From an uncultured Thermoplasmata archaeon (GTDB taxonomy: Archaea > Thermoplasmatota > Thermoplasmata > RBG-16-68-12), in contig CAVYJM010000021.1 of the NCBI GenBank assembly GCA_963768855.1, positions 47,710-111,709 of the forward strand: a stretch of DNA of 64,000 bases. The letters run 5' to 3'. Below, in pieces: positions 28,133 to 37,125 of the stretch (its first letter is position 1; each line of letters begins with the position of its first letter). Both the position numbers and the translations under genes were made by a program. Below the pieces are notes generated by a model. The model worked only from the letters and a program-made list of their open reading frames with translations. It was not told the DNA's origin and made no database searches.

Positions 28133-28747
28133 ATGGGGGCGTCCTCGCGCACGCGGTCCGGGAAGCGCGGACGGAGGCCGAAGGGAACCGGGGATCCGCG
28201 GAAGGACATCCTGGATGCGGCCCTCCGGGAGTTCGCGAAGCGCGGCTACGATCAAGCGACCGTCCGCGCAATCGCAGAGGATGCCCAGGTCGACCCTGCC
28301 CTGGTGTATCACTACTTCGGATCGAAGGAGGGCCTGTTCCTCGAATCGATGCGAACCCAGATGCGCAGGCCGACCTCGTCGGAGTTGCCATCCTCCGAGC
28401 CGCCCGCGAAGCAGGCTCAGCGCGTCGTGGGCCTCTTCCTGGAGCGGTGGGGGGGTGCCCGGGAGCCGACGCCCCTCCTGGCGCTGCTACGGTCCGCCGC
28501 CTCCGACCCGAAGGCCGCAGCTCTCCTCCGGCGCCTGTTCGCCGAGCAGATCACCCCTCAGGTCTCCGCCTCCCTCCCGAGCAAGGATGTCGACCTGCGG
28601 GTGGCTCTCATCGGATCGACCCTGTTCGGCGTGGCTCTCCTTCGCGACATCGTGCGACTCGAGCCCCTCGTTTCCGCGTCCCCGGAGGATCTCGCACGAT
28701 GGATCGGGCCGGTCCTCACCCGGTACATGACCGAGCCCCTCGGCTAG
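28133..28747 (+). CDS. TetR/AcrR family transcriptional regulator
   Basis: RKDILDAALREFAKRGYDQATVRAIAEDAQVDPALVYHYFGSKEGLF. Confidence 0.93.
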   Translation: MGASSRTRSGKRGRRPKGTGDPRKDILDAALREFAKRGYDQATVRAIAEDAQVDPALVYHYFGSKEGLFLESMRTQMRRPTSSELPSSEPPAKQAQRVVGLFLERWGGAREPTPLLALLRSAASDPKAAALLRRLFAEQITPQVSASLPSKDVDLRVALIGSTLFGVALLRDIVRLEPLVSASPEDLARWIGPVLTRYMTEPLG

Positions 28748-28860
28748 CTGCGCGTCCCGCAAGAGGGCTTAGCACGTGGACCATCCCGCTCGTGTTCCCC
28801 GAGTCCCTGTGAGTCCTCGGGAAAAGGGTCATCTAGCGCAGCGGTTGTCCCTCTCCGGTC

Positions 28861-28983
28861 ATGGTCGCCCCTTCCGAGTCCCGGCCGCCTTCCGCCGTCG
28901 TGCTCTTCCTGCGGCAGAACTGGAAGTGGCTCCTGATTGTGGTCGCTGCGGCGGTCTTCGTGATGATGGTCGCATCGGACTGA
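28861..28983 (+). CDS. 40-aa single-TM small protein (not in ORF track)
   Basis: MVAPSESRPPSAVVLFLRQNWKWLLIVVAAAVFVMMVASD*; clean hydrophobic helix filling an intergenic gap. Confidence 0.45.
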   Translation: MVAPSESRPPSAVVLFLRQNWKWLLIVVAAAVFVMMVASD

Positions 28984-29027
28984 CCGTCGCGGGGTCGCCC
29001 CCGTGCGCACCCTCGGACGCAGGAGGC

Positions 29028-29306
29028 CTAGGGTCCCAGGTGCTTCATGCGCTCGTACTCGCGCTGGGCCGCGTGCTCGACGTAGCCCTCACCCGCGAAC
29101 ACGGCCACGAAGTGTCCCACGACACCGATGCCCCAGCCCGCCATCGGAATCCAGAACCAGGGGTATAGACCCAGGCCGCCCGTCATCCACCACATCAGGA
29201 CCAGGAAGGCGTTGACCGCCAGGTAGATCCCAAAGTGGATGAAGAAGCCGGCCTTGTCCTCGGCCCTTTTCCGGGCCTTCAGCCAGACCTTCTGGTCTTC
29301 CTCCAT
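29028..29306 (-). CDS. 2TM-domain protein
   Basis: ARKRAEDKAGFFIHFGIYLAVNAFL...WFWIPMAGWGIGVVGH...QREYERMK matches the 2TM family pattern. Confidence 0.85.
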   Translation of the reverse strand: MEEDQKVWLKARKRAEDKAGFFIHFGIYLAVNAFLVLMWWMTGGLGLYPWFWIPMAGWGIGVVGHFVAVFAGEGYVEHAAQREYERMKHLGP

Positions 29307-29410
29307 GATGCGCGCAACTTCGGAGCCCGAGAAAAAGAATCGCTATGTAGAAACCCTACGCGACCCGCCGCAGGGGCGGGATTCGTCGACCCTTCTCCGT
29401 TCGAGATCGG

Positions 29411-29671
29411 TCACGCTCGGAGCAGCACCGCGAGGAAGAGGGCCACGAACGCGACACATCCGACCAGGAACCACGGACGGCTGAACGGCGTCCCGGTCTT
29501 CTCCGAACGGTACAGGTAGGAGACGAGGGCGAAGGCCAGGAGATCCACTCCGAGGAGCGTGGCGAAGGCCGCCTGGCTCGCGGTGTCCGTGGGGTTGAGT
29601 GTATACAGGGTGATCGTCGCACTGACCTGCAGCAGGAGAAGGAGGAGGACGAGGCGATAGGCCAGCCTCAC
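29411..29671 (-). CDS. Small 3-TM membrane protein, last gene of the bc-complex operon
   Basis: GTG overlaps the cytochrome b stop (GTGA); three hydrophobic segments. Confidence 0.65.
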   Translation of the reverse strand: MRLAYRLVLLLLLLQVSATITLYTLNPTDTASQAAFATLLGVDLLAFALVSYLYRSEKTGTPFSRPWFLVGCVAFVALFLAVLLRA

Positions 29672-31002
29672 CCGGGCACCCCCTTTCCGTCGCGGGCCCG
29701 GACGAGCCGGAACAGGAAGAGGGTCCCCACGCCGACGATGGCCGCGGTGCCCCCGATGACGGCCGCGCCCTCCCAGGTCGGGATGACCTGGCCCGGCGTG
29801 AGCAGTCCCCAACCCGCGAGCACGGCCAGCTCAGCGATCAGAATCATCCCCGTCGTGACGAAAACGGGCCGATGCAGGATCTGCCTGGACTCGTTCACGT
29901 CGAGGAAGGGCAGGAGCGTGAGGATCGCCAGGAGCAACGTGACCGCTGCGAGGACCGTGATGGTGGCGGCGAGGACCGTGGCGATGCCCGCGGCGAGGAA
30001 TCCGAGGACCCACTTCTCCTTCCGGAAGAACCAGAACGACGCCAGGACAAGCAGCACGGACGCCCCTCCCGCGAGGATGCCTGGAATGCCGGTCAGGCCC
30101 GGTCCCTCGAATGCGGCGATCTTGAGGATCTGGTAGAGCCACAGGAAGTACCAGTCGGGCTGGGCGACATACTGGCCCGCGGTGGATGGCGAATACCCGG
30201 GCGGCAGGTTGAGCGGGAAGAGCGCGCCCAGGAGGAGCATCCCGGTCCCGAAGACGGCGGCGAGCTCGAGGAGGTAGAGGGTCACATCGGGGAAGACTGG
30301 TGCGGTCTTCTGTTTCTCCGCGGTTCGGCCCCGCTTGGTGATCGGGTCCGAGATTCCATGGGCCTCGAGCATGTACATCTTGACTGCGAGGAGCACGAGG
30401 AGCGCCGCGGGCAGTACGACCACGTGCAGGTCGTAGAACCTCAGCAGCTCGGCCGCGTCCCCTCCGGTTCCGACGACCAGGAAGCTCACTATGGGGGCGC
30501 CGAACGGCAGCGCATTGATCATCCCGACGGCCACATCCGTCGCGGACTTCGAGATCACCGTCCAGGGGAGCAGGTACCCCGTGAACGCGAATCCGAGCGT
30601 AAGCCCGCCCATGAGCATGCCGACCAGCCACATGACCTCTCGCGGCCTCTTGTGGACGGACGCGAAGAAGCCCCGCATCATGTGGGCGAACATGAGGAGG
30701 ACCATCGCGTACGCGGTGTACAGGTGGACCGTCTCGATGAATCGTCCGTACGCGACCTGGTTGAAGATGTAGGAGGTCGACGCGTACGCCTGGGAAGGTG
30801 TCGGCACGTAGTAGAGCATCATGATGATGCCCGTGACCGCGAGGATCGCGAACGCCACGACCGTCAGCGCGCCGAGCCATGCGAAGGGATTCAAGGAGTA
30901 CAGAGGGGCGTCCCGCAGCAGGGGGTACGAAAGGCCGAGCCGCGTGTCGACCCACTTCACGGCCCGCGTGATCAGGCCGTCCGACTCGGTTTCCGTGACC
31001 GT
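29668..31002 (-). CDS. Cytochrome b of a Rieske/cytochrome b complex (fused b6 + subunit IV; SoxN-like)
   Basis: Heme His pairs (ETVHLY...MFAHMMRG; YDLHVVVLP...LEAHG), FTGYLLPW, PDWYFLW (PEWY motif). Start at ACG 31002 or GTG 30960. Confidence 0.93.
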   Translation of the reverse strand, partial: TVTETESDGLITRAVKWVDTRLGLSYPLLRDAPLYSLNPFAWLGALTVVAFAILAVTGIIMMLYYVPTPSQAYASTSYIFNQVAYGRFIETVHLYTAYAMVLLMFAHMMRGFFASVHKRPREVMWLVGMLMGGLTLGFAFTGYLLPWTVISKSATDVAVGMINALPFGAPIVSFLVVGTGGDAAELLRFYDLHVVVLPAALLVLLAVKMYMLEAHGISDPITKRGRTAEKQKTAPVFPDVTLYLLELAAVFGTGMLLLGALFPLNLPPGYSPSTAGQYVAQPDWYFLWLYQILKIAAFEGPGLTGIPGILAGGASVLLVLASFWFFRKEKWVLGFLAAGIATVLAATITVLAAVTLLLAILTLLPFLDVNESRQILHRPVFVTTGMILIAELAVLAGWGLLTPGQVIPTWEGAAVIGGTAAIVGVGTLFLFRLVRARDGKGVPG

Positions 31003-31006
31003 GTGC

Positions 31007-31669
31007 TCACCCCACCAGCGTGCCGCCTTGGAGGTCCGCGCTCACGTCGCTCGATCCCGTGTTGTGCCCGAAGATCGTCGGGGTTCCCATCCCGACCGCG
31101 AAAATCGCGCCGGACGCGTCGACCTCGAGGGTCACCTGGGGCTGGGGTCGGGGTGAGGGTCCTCCGATCACCCGCGCGGCGCTCGTCAGGTCGAAGACGC
31201 TCCCGTGGCAGCAGCAGTATCCAACCGGCTCAGGCGCCTTGTAGGTGGGGCTGCACGGCGGCGAGCCTCCGGTCGGGAGGAATCCCCAGATGCACCCGAG
31301 GTGCTGGCAGATCAGGCTGAAGGCCACGATATCGCCGTCCGGTCCGATCCCGTTCGTCGCGGGCACGCCGAGCTTGACGAGGACGTTCGGCTCGTCGTCG
31401 AGGGGATAGTTGAAGATGATCGGCGCGCCCACGGCGAGGTCGGTCAGGTTCGCGACTTTCACCCGCGGGAACGTCGTCGGCGCGACTTGGCTCGGGGCCG
31501 CGGTGCTGATCACGGACCGCAGGATGGACCCCGCCGCCCCGGCGGCGAGGAGTCCGGAGGCCACGACGGCCACCTTGAGAAACACTCGCTTGCTGTCATC
31601 CTCGGGTGCGTCGGGCTTCTCGTTCTTCGCCCGGGTCGGCTCCGCCTCTCCCTTCGCCGCCACCCTCAC
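31007..31669 (-). CDS. Tat-exported Rieske Fe-S protein (SoxL/AioB-like)
   Basis: SKRVFLK + TM (Tat-like signal), GPDGDIVAFSLICQHLGC and CCCHGSVFD, GGPSPRP. Confidence 0.92.
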   Translation of the reverse strand: MRVAAKGEAEPTRAKNEKPDAPEDDSKRVFLKVAVVASGLLAAGAAGSILRSVISTAAPSQVAPTTFPRVKVANLTDLAVGAPIIFNYPLDDEPNVLVKLGVPATNGIGPDGDIVAFSLICQHLGCIWGFLPTGGSPPCSPTYKAPEPVGYCCCHGSVFDLTSAARVIGGPSPRPQPQVTLEVDASGAIFAVGMGTPTIFGHNTGSSDVSADLQGGTLVG

Positions 31670-31691
31670 GTCCTCCTCGCGCGAAGGCGTC

Positions 31692-32843
31692 TCACTTGTC
31701 CTCCCCCTTCCGGGAGGACCGCACGACCGCGCCGATCATGACGCCGACGAGGAGCATGCCGATCCCCACCCCCGTAGCAACGGTCAGCGAGATGCCGCCC
31801 TCCGGCGCGGGCGCCTGGGCTGCGGTCAGGTTCGAGATCGTCAGGGTGTACCACTGGGAGACGGACTTGTATGCGGAGGATTCGCCGAGGCGCCCGTTCC
31901 AGGTCGCGAAGGCGACGTAGTACGACACGCCCGACGTAAGCTGGACACAGTACGGGTTTGTCTGGGAGGTCGTGAAGGAGCGGACCATCTCGACGGTCCA
32001 CGTCTTGCTCGCGTTGTCGTAGAGGGAGCCCACGTGGATCAGGAACGGATCCGCCTCGGGCACCAGGTTCGGCGCCCCCGCGCCGAAGTTCCCGGGGACC
32101 GTGAAGAAGCCGGTCATGTTCGTGTAGTCGTCCTCCGCGAACGATAGGTTGTCCGCGGGGTAGATGGGGTTGCCCAGGGAATCCGTGTAGCCTCCGGGGA
32201 ACCCGGTGTCGAGCGCGTTGTTGTCCGTGGGGTTGGACTGCCAGTGCCAGATCTCCGCCGCCCCGCCGGAGAGCGCGCCATCCGAACCGAGGACCATCCG
32301 GGGCGTCTGGTCCCGCCCGAGGGACTGCGGCAGGAACCACAGGAGGGCGGCGCGGTCCTGGTAGTAGTACGTCGCATTGAAGTAGAGCTGCTTCACGTTC
32401 GCGGTGTCCGCGGAGTCGAAGGGCATGATCGTGCCGTTCGGCGCCTGCCAGACCTCGTCGTTCGACTCGAAGGAGGCACCCTGGCTGTCGTTCCAGCGGA
32501 ACAGGACGTAGACGTTGTAGCCGTCGTTGGCCGACTTGATCTGCACGTCGGGCGTGTGCCCTCCCCCGGGAGTGATCGAGGCGACCAGGGGAACGTCCGT
32601 CACGGGGATCGAGCTCCAGAACGACTCGCCTCCGGGATCCGTGTAGTTCACCGCACCGTCGACCCGGTGGGAGACGACGTTCGAATCGGAAGCCGCTGAG
32701 ACGGCCGGTGGGGAAATGAGGATTGCGAATGCGCTGAAACCGAGCAGCAACGTGAGGACCAGGACCGCCAGTCGACACCCGGACGATTGGGGCGGGCCTC
32801 GCCGCGAGCTCGTGGAATCGTGCGGAACCGACTCAGCGCTCAT
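31692..32843 (-). CDS. Membrane-anchored DOMON/ethylbenzene-dehydrogenase-gamma-like heme b protein (CbsA-like)
   Basis: Signal peptide; VQIKSANDG..VYVLFRWND, DRAALLW, EIWHWQS, WTVEMVR, VAFATWNG; C-terminal TM anchor; first gene of the Rieske/cyt b operon. Confidence 0.75.
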   Translation of the reverse strand: MSAESVPHDSTSSRRGPPQSSGCRLAVLVLTLLLGFSAFAILISPPAVSAASDSNVVSHRVDGAVNYTDPGGESFWSSIPVTDVPLVASITPGGGHTPDVQIKSANDGYNVYVLFRWNDSQGASFESNDEVWQAPNGTIMPFDSADTANVKQLYFNATYYYQDRAALLWFLPQSLGRDQTPRMVLGSDGALSGGAAEIWHWQSNPTDNNALDTGFPGGYTDSLGNPIYPADNLSFAEDDYTNMTGFFTVPGNFGAGAPNLVPEADPFLIHVGSLYDNASKTWTVEMVRSFTTSQTNPYCVQLTSGVSYYVAFATWNGRLGESSAYKSVSQWYTLTISNLTAAQAPAPEGGISLTVATGVGIGMLLVGVMIGAVVRSSRKGEDK

Positions 32844-33049
32844 CGCCTTCCCTCGCTCCCAATTCGCGGAGCGCGATGGTCCGACCGAGGTGATAAGGGT
32901 TTCTCGACGTGCTGATGCCTACGCGCGGCGGCCACCTGATGAATGTGCGAGGCGAGGACTCCCGATCTCGCGGGGGAGGCTCTTCGTACGACGTTCCGGC
33001 AGGGGCTACCACCCGCCGGGGCCTGCGTCCGCCGGATCAGCGCGGAGTC

Positions 33050-33508
33050 TCAAGGAGCGACGCCGGTTCCGACGGCGGTATGCGGGGTGCGGTGAAGCAA
33101 GCCGCCTCCCAGCCCCGTGACGATCATGGTGAGGATCGTGGCCCCCGCCCATGTGAGGGTGCCGACCGTCGTGGCGACGAAGACCGGCCCCATCCATCCG
33201 TAGACCATCAGATAGAAGGCGGCCGCGAGCAGGGCGAAGGCGAACAGGAACGAGAGGCCGCGGACCGTCCAGGCGAGGAGGCCGAAGACAACGATGCCGG
33301 CGAGGAGGATGCCCCCGGCGACGAGGACGCTGTGCAGGGACTGCCACTCTTGGTATGCGAAGGCCGCGACGGCGAGGACCCCCGCGACGAGCAGCATACG
33401 GCTGATTGCCCTCCCGAGGAGCCGCACGGCAATCCCTAGGCCGAGGAGCGCCAGCCCGACCCACTGGGCGTGCGCTAGGATGTACGGGATGATCTGGGAG
33501 AGATCCAA
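33050..33508 (-). CDS. Hypothetical multi-TM membrane protein
   Basis: About five hydrophobic helices; TTG start after GGAGCGG. Confidence 0.65.
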   Translation of the reverse strand: MDLSQIIPYILAHAQWVGLALLGLGIAVRLLGRAISRMLLVAGVLAVAAFAYQEWQSLHSVLVAGGILLAGIVVFGLLAWTVRGLSFLFAFALLAAAFYLMVYGWMGPVFVATTVGTLTWAGATILTMIVTGLGGGLLHRTPHTAVGTGVAP

Positions 33509-33663
33509 CTCTACCGCTCCTCCGCCTTGAACATGCCGCGATCGAGGTCTAATATCTTTGCACGGAACCCCGGGTTGACATCGCTCAGTCGTGGTCTGGT
33601 GACCGGATTCGCGGCCCCACCGCCAAGCGCGAGTCGCGCCCCCGAGGCCGCGAGCGGCCGCCC

Positions 33664-34440
33664 TCACACCTTCTGCCGGAATTCCATGCTCTGGAACAGG
33701 AACGTCGCCAGGACTAGCATGGCCAGGGAGAAGGCCAGAAGGATCCCCGCGGCAACGGGCGCGGACACATCCGTTGCGAAGCCCGACAGAGGACCCACGC
33801 CGATTGTCCCTTTGAGGACGGAGCGCAGGTAGTAGATCAGGCTCAGTTTGGGCACGCTCCCGGGGAGGGATCCGACGATGGACTCCCACACGAAACCGAT
33901 GAGCAACCCGATCGTCAGCGGTTTCCGGAAGGCTACGGAGAGGAAGAAGAACAGGGCGCCGTACGCGATCGCGGCGAGTGCAGTCGCGGCAAGGAATCCC
34001 GCGAGGACGTCCGCATCCGTCCCGAGCCCGCTGCCCGCGTACGCCTCCGTGACGGCGTAGGACGCGACCACGGGCGGCAGGAGCAGCACAAGGGCCGCAA
34101 CGACGTAGCCCACGTACTTGCTCACGGCGACGGTGGGTTTCGAGACGGGCCGGGTGAGGAGGAACGGCAGGGTGTTGTCCTCGATCTCTTCACGGATGAG
34201 GGCCGTCGCGTCGACGAGGGTCACGAAGATGAGGACGATCTGCAGGAAGAGGGGGACCATCAGCGTCTGGAACAGGAGGATGTCGAACGAAGCGACCCGT
34301 GCGACGGCGAGCGAGCCTACGAGCAGAAGGGGGATCCAGGACAGAGCGAGGGTCACGAGGCCGCGCCGAGTCGACAGGAGGTACCGGACAGTGAGGGTCA
34401 TCACGACCCAGCCTTTCCGGAATGTGTCACCGAGCCCCGT
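33664..34440 (-). CDS. ABC-2 type permease (apparent ACG start; alternative ATG 34401)
   Basis: EEIEDNTLPFLLTRPVSK...SKY motif, six TMs; in operon with two ATPases. Confidence 0.85.
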   Translation of the reverse strand, partial: TGLGDTFRKGWVVMTLTVRYLLSTRRGLVTLALSWIPLLLVGSLAVARVASFDILLFQTLMVPLFLQIVLIFVTLVDATALIREEIEDNTLPFLLTRPVSKPTVAVSKYVGYVVAALVLLLPPVVASYAVTEAYAGSGLGTDADVLAGFLAATALAAIAYGALFFFLSVAFRKPLTIGLLIGFVWESIVGSLPGSVPKLSLIYYLRSVLKGTIGVGPLSGFATDVSAPVAAGILLAFSLAMLVLATFLFQSMEFRQKV

Positions 34441-34444
34441 GTTC

Positions 34445-35365
34445 TCACCCCACCAGATAGCGGAAGACCGCCTCGAGGCTGTCGTCCGGGCTTTCAAGGC
34501 CGTGAATGTCGAGGTGCCGGTCCACGACGATCTCCGGGAGCTCCTTGTAGAACACGTCGGGCTTGCGGGTGCGAATGAGCAGGGTGTCCGCCCCGGGGAA
34601 TTCAACAGACACGACGTGGTCCATCGTGGCGAGCGCCTGCGCAAGGTCCCGCGGCTGGGTCGTCGCGATGCGCACCGCGTGCGGGTGCTCGTCGATGAGC
34701 GCGCGGATTGCGTGGAGGTCCCCCGATGCAATCGCCTTCCCGTTATGGATGAGGACGATGTTGCTCGTGACCCGCTCGACCTCGTAGAGGACGTGGGTCG
34801 ACATGATCACGTGGCCGCCGCGCTTCGCGAACTCGGTGATCGCACGCAGGATCTGGACGCGGGCCATCGGGTCGGCCCCGGACAGCGGCTCGTCCAGAAT
34901 CAGCAACTCAGGGGCGTGCGCAAGCGCCTGGGCGAGCTTGGCCCGCTGCCGCATCCCGCGGCTGTACGTCCGTAGCGGGCGGTCCTTCGCCCCCGTGAGT
35001 CCGACGAAGGCGAGGCTTTCCTCCGCGTTCTTGCGCGCGTCCCCCCCGTACATCCCGTTGAGCCGGAGGAGCATCTCGACGAACGCTTGGCCCGTGAGCC
35101 ATCCGTAGAGCTGGTTTGACTCCGGGCAGTATCCGATTCTCCGTTTCAGCTCGACGTTGTTCCACGGATCCTCCCCGAGGAGCCGGAGCTCGCCGCCGCT
35201 CGCCCGGAGCTGACCGATCAGTAGCTTGAACAGGGTGCTCTTGCCCGCGCCGTTCGGGCCGACGAGCCCGGTGATCCCCGGATTGAAGGACGCCGTGAAG
35301 CCGTTGAGGCCAAGGACCTCCCCGTACCACTTCATGATACCCTTCGCCTCGACGATCGAGGTCAT
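34445..35365 (-). CDS. ABC transporter ATP-binding protein
   Basis: GPNGAGKST, YSRGMRQR, LILDEPLSGAD, STH. Confidence 0.95.
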   Translation of the reverse strand: MTSIVEAKGIMKWYGEVLGLNGFTASFNPGITGLVGPNGAGKSTLFKLLIGQLRASGGELRLLGEDPWNNVELKRRIGYCPESNQLYGWLTGQAFVEMLLRLNGMYGGDARKNAEESLAFVGLTGAKDRPLRTYSRGMRQRAKLAQALAHAPELLILDEPLSGADPMARVQILRAITEFAKRGGHVIMSTHVLYEVERVTSNIVLIHNGKAIASGDLHAIRALIDEHPHAVRIATTQPRDLAQALATMDHVVSVEFPGADTLLIRTRKPDVFYKELPEIVVDRHLDIHGLESPDDSLEAVFRYLVG

Positions 35366-36204
35366 CCGGAGACCACCTCCACGGCCTTCATCCGAAGCCA
35401 CGTGGCGAGCGCGGTGAGGATCGTGGCGCCGAGCAGGATCGCCAGGGCGGGAACCCAGTCAATGGCTCCGCTCGACGCGCCGAATGCGGCCCGGGCGACC
35501 GCGAGGAAATCCTCCCAGGGAGAGAGGTAGAGGAGGGCGGAGTTGTTCACGGATCCCGGGGACGCGAGGATCTGTGCGGGGACCGTGAGTCCGAAGACGA
35601 TTGCGAACACGGCTGCGGCCGCATAGGCGCGGCGCCGCGTGAGGCTCGACAGGAAGAGGGCCAGCGCCGTGAAGAACCCCGTAATGAGCAGGCCCAGGGC
35701 GATCGAGATTCCGACGGCTTCCAGGGCGATGTCCCAGGGGAACAGGCCGAGGAGGGCCGCCGTGAGCGGCGTGATGACCAGGGGGAGGACCGCGATCATC
35801 GACGTGAGCGTCGCCAGGATGGCAGCCTTTGCGGTCAGGTAGTCCGCCGCCGTCAACGGCCGACTGAGGTACAGCGTGAGGGCCATCGAGTCGAGGTCGT
35901 CCGCGATGAGCCCCGCCCCTACCGTCGCGGCCATCAGGGTCACGAAGAAGAGCATCGCCGGGTTCGACGCGGGGGTCGTGAAGAAGGTCAGGTCGAGGCG
36001 CTGCCCGGCCAGGAGGAACGGTGCGAAGAATAGCAGGACGATCGACACGATCGTGGTGATCGCCGTGCCGACGCCCAGCGTGAAGATCGCGGCGGGTCGC
36101 CGGATCTCACGGCGCAGCCCCGTGCTGATGATCGCCCACATCCGGTGGCGGCGGCTCAGGAGCGGGATCTCCCGCCGCGTGTACGTCGGGAGGGAGATCG
36201 ACAT
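35362..36204 (-). CDS. ABC-2 type permease
   Basis: GAGLIADDLDSMALTLYLSRPL...YL.AK motif and six TMs. Confidence 0.88.
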   Translation of the reverse strand: MSISLPTYTRREIPLLSRRHRMWAIISTGLRREIRRPAAIFTLGVGTAITTIVSIVLLFFAPFLLAGQRLDLTFFTTPASNPAMLFFVTLMAATVGAGLIADDLDSMALTLYLSRPLTAADYLTAKAAILATLTSMIAVLPLVITPLTAALLGLFPWDIALEAVGISIALGLLITGFFTALALFLSSLTRRRAYAAAAVFAIVFGLTVPAQILASPGSVNNSALLYLSPWEDFLAVARAAFGASSGAIDWVPALAILLGATILTALATWLRMKAVEVVSG

Positions 36205-37125
36205 CTAGCGGCCTCCCGTGTTCCGCTCCACGAGTTCCAGGAAGAGCTCCTCGAGGCTCCGGATTTCCTGGCCCAAATAGCGCACCTCCACGCCGCTCGC
36301 CTTCGCAGCCCGGAAGATCTCGGCCTCGACTCCCGCCTTCCGGGCGATGTGCACCCCGGTCGGACCGGATTCGGCGTCGACCCCGGCTTCCTTGAGCGTC
36401 CGGAGGAACCCGACCCGATCGCCGCGCAGGTCGACCCGCAGGCGGTCCTGGGCCCCGCTGAGCAGCTTGGACAGCGGCCCGGCCGCAATCTGGTGGCCCC
36501 CGTCGAGGATCACGACGTACTTGCAGATCGTCTCGACGTCCGGGAGGAGATGGCTCGACAGGATCACGTTGCGGCCCTCCGAGACGGCGATCTTCCCGAC
36601 AAGGTCGAGCATCTCGGTCCGGCCGCGGGGATCCAGTCCCGTCGTGGGCTCGTCAAAGATGTACAGCTGGGGGTCGTGGACCATCGCCTGAGCGAGCTTC
36701 ACCTTCTGCTTCATGCCCGTCGAGTACTCCGCGACCTTGCGGTACCGCTCCTCCTCGACCCCGACGAACTGGAGCACGTCGTGCGCGCGGCTCATCGCCG
36801 TGCCGGCGTCCAGGCCGCTCACGCGGCCCATGTAGGAGACCAGACCGATCCCCGTCATGTCCGGGATGAGGCAGTCGTGCTCGGGCATGTAGCCCGTGCG
36901 CTCCCGCACCGGGATACCCTCTTCGATGCCGTGGCCGAGGACCCGGCCCGAGCCCGCCGTGGGCCGCAGGAGGCCGAGGAGGAGGCGGAGGAACGTGGTC
37001 TTGCCCGCTCCGTTCGGGCCGACGAGGCCGATGGCCCCCTCCGGGATGGACACACTCAGATCGTCGACGGCGCGGATCTCCCCGAACGCCTTCGTCAGTC
37101 CGGCGGTCTCCACGAGCGCGGTCAC
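36205..37125 (-). CDS. ABC transporter ATP-binding protein
   Basis: VTALVETAGLTK start, GPNGAGKTT, YSTGMKQK, FDEPTTGLD, SSHLL. Confidence 0.95.
   Translation of the reverse strand: MTALVETAGLTKAFGEIRAVDDLSVSIPEGAIGLVGPNGAGKTTFLRLLLGLLRPTAGSGRVLGHGIEEGIPVRERTGYMPEHDCLIPDMTGIGLVSYMGRVSGLDAGTAMSRAHDVLQFVGVEEERYRKVAEYSTGMKQKVKLAQAMVHDPQLYIFDEPTTGLDPRGRTEMLDLVGKIAVSEGRNVILSSHLLPDVETICKYVVILDGGHQIAAGPLSKLLSGAQDRLRVDLRGDRVGFLRTLKEAGVDAESGPTGVHIARKAGVEAEIFRAAKASGVEVRYLGQEIRSLEELFLELVERNTGGR

Noticed and set aside
31007-31669. Arsenite oxidase small subunit (aioB)
   Set aside because: The GPDGDIVAFS..C motif is AioB-like, but no molybdopterin AioA gene is present and the gene is coupled to cytochrome b.
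32925-32990. Hammerhead ribozyme or C/D-box sRNA suggested by CTGATGA
   Set aside because: No downstream stem II-GAAA core, and no convincing C/D'/C'/D box spacing.
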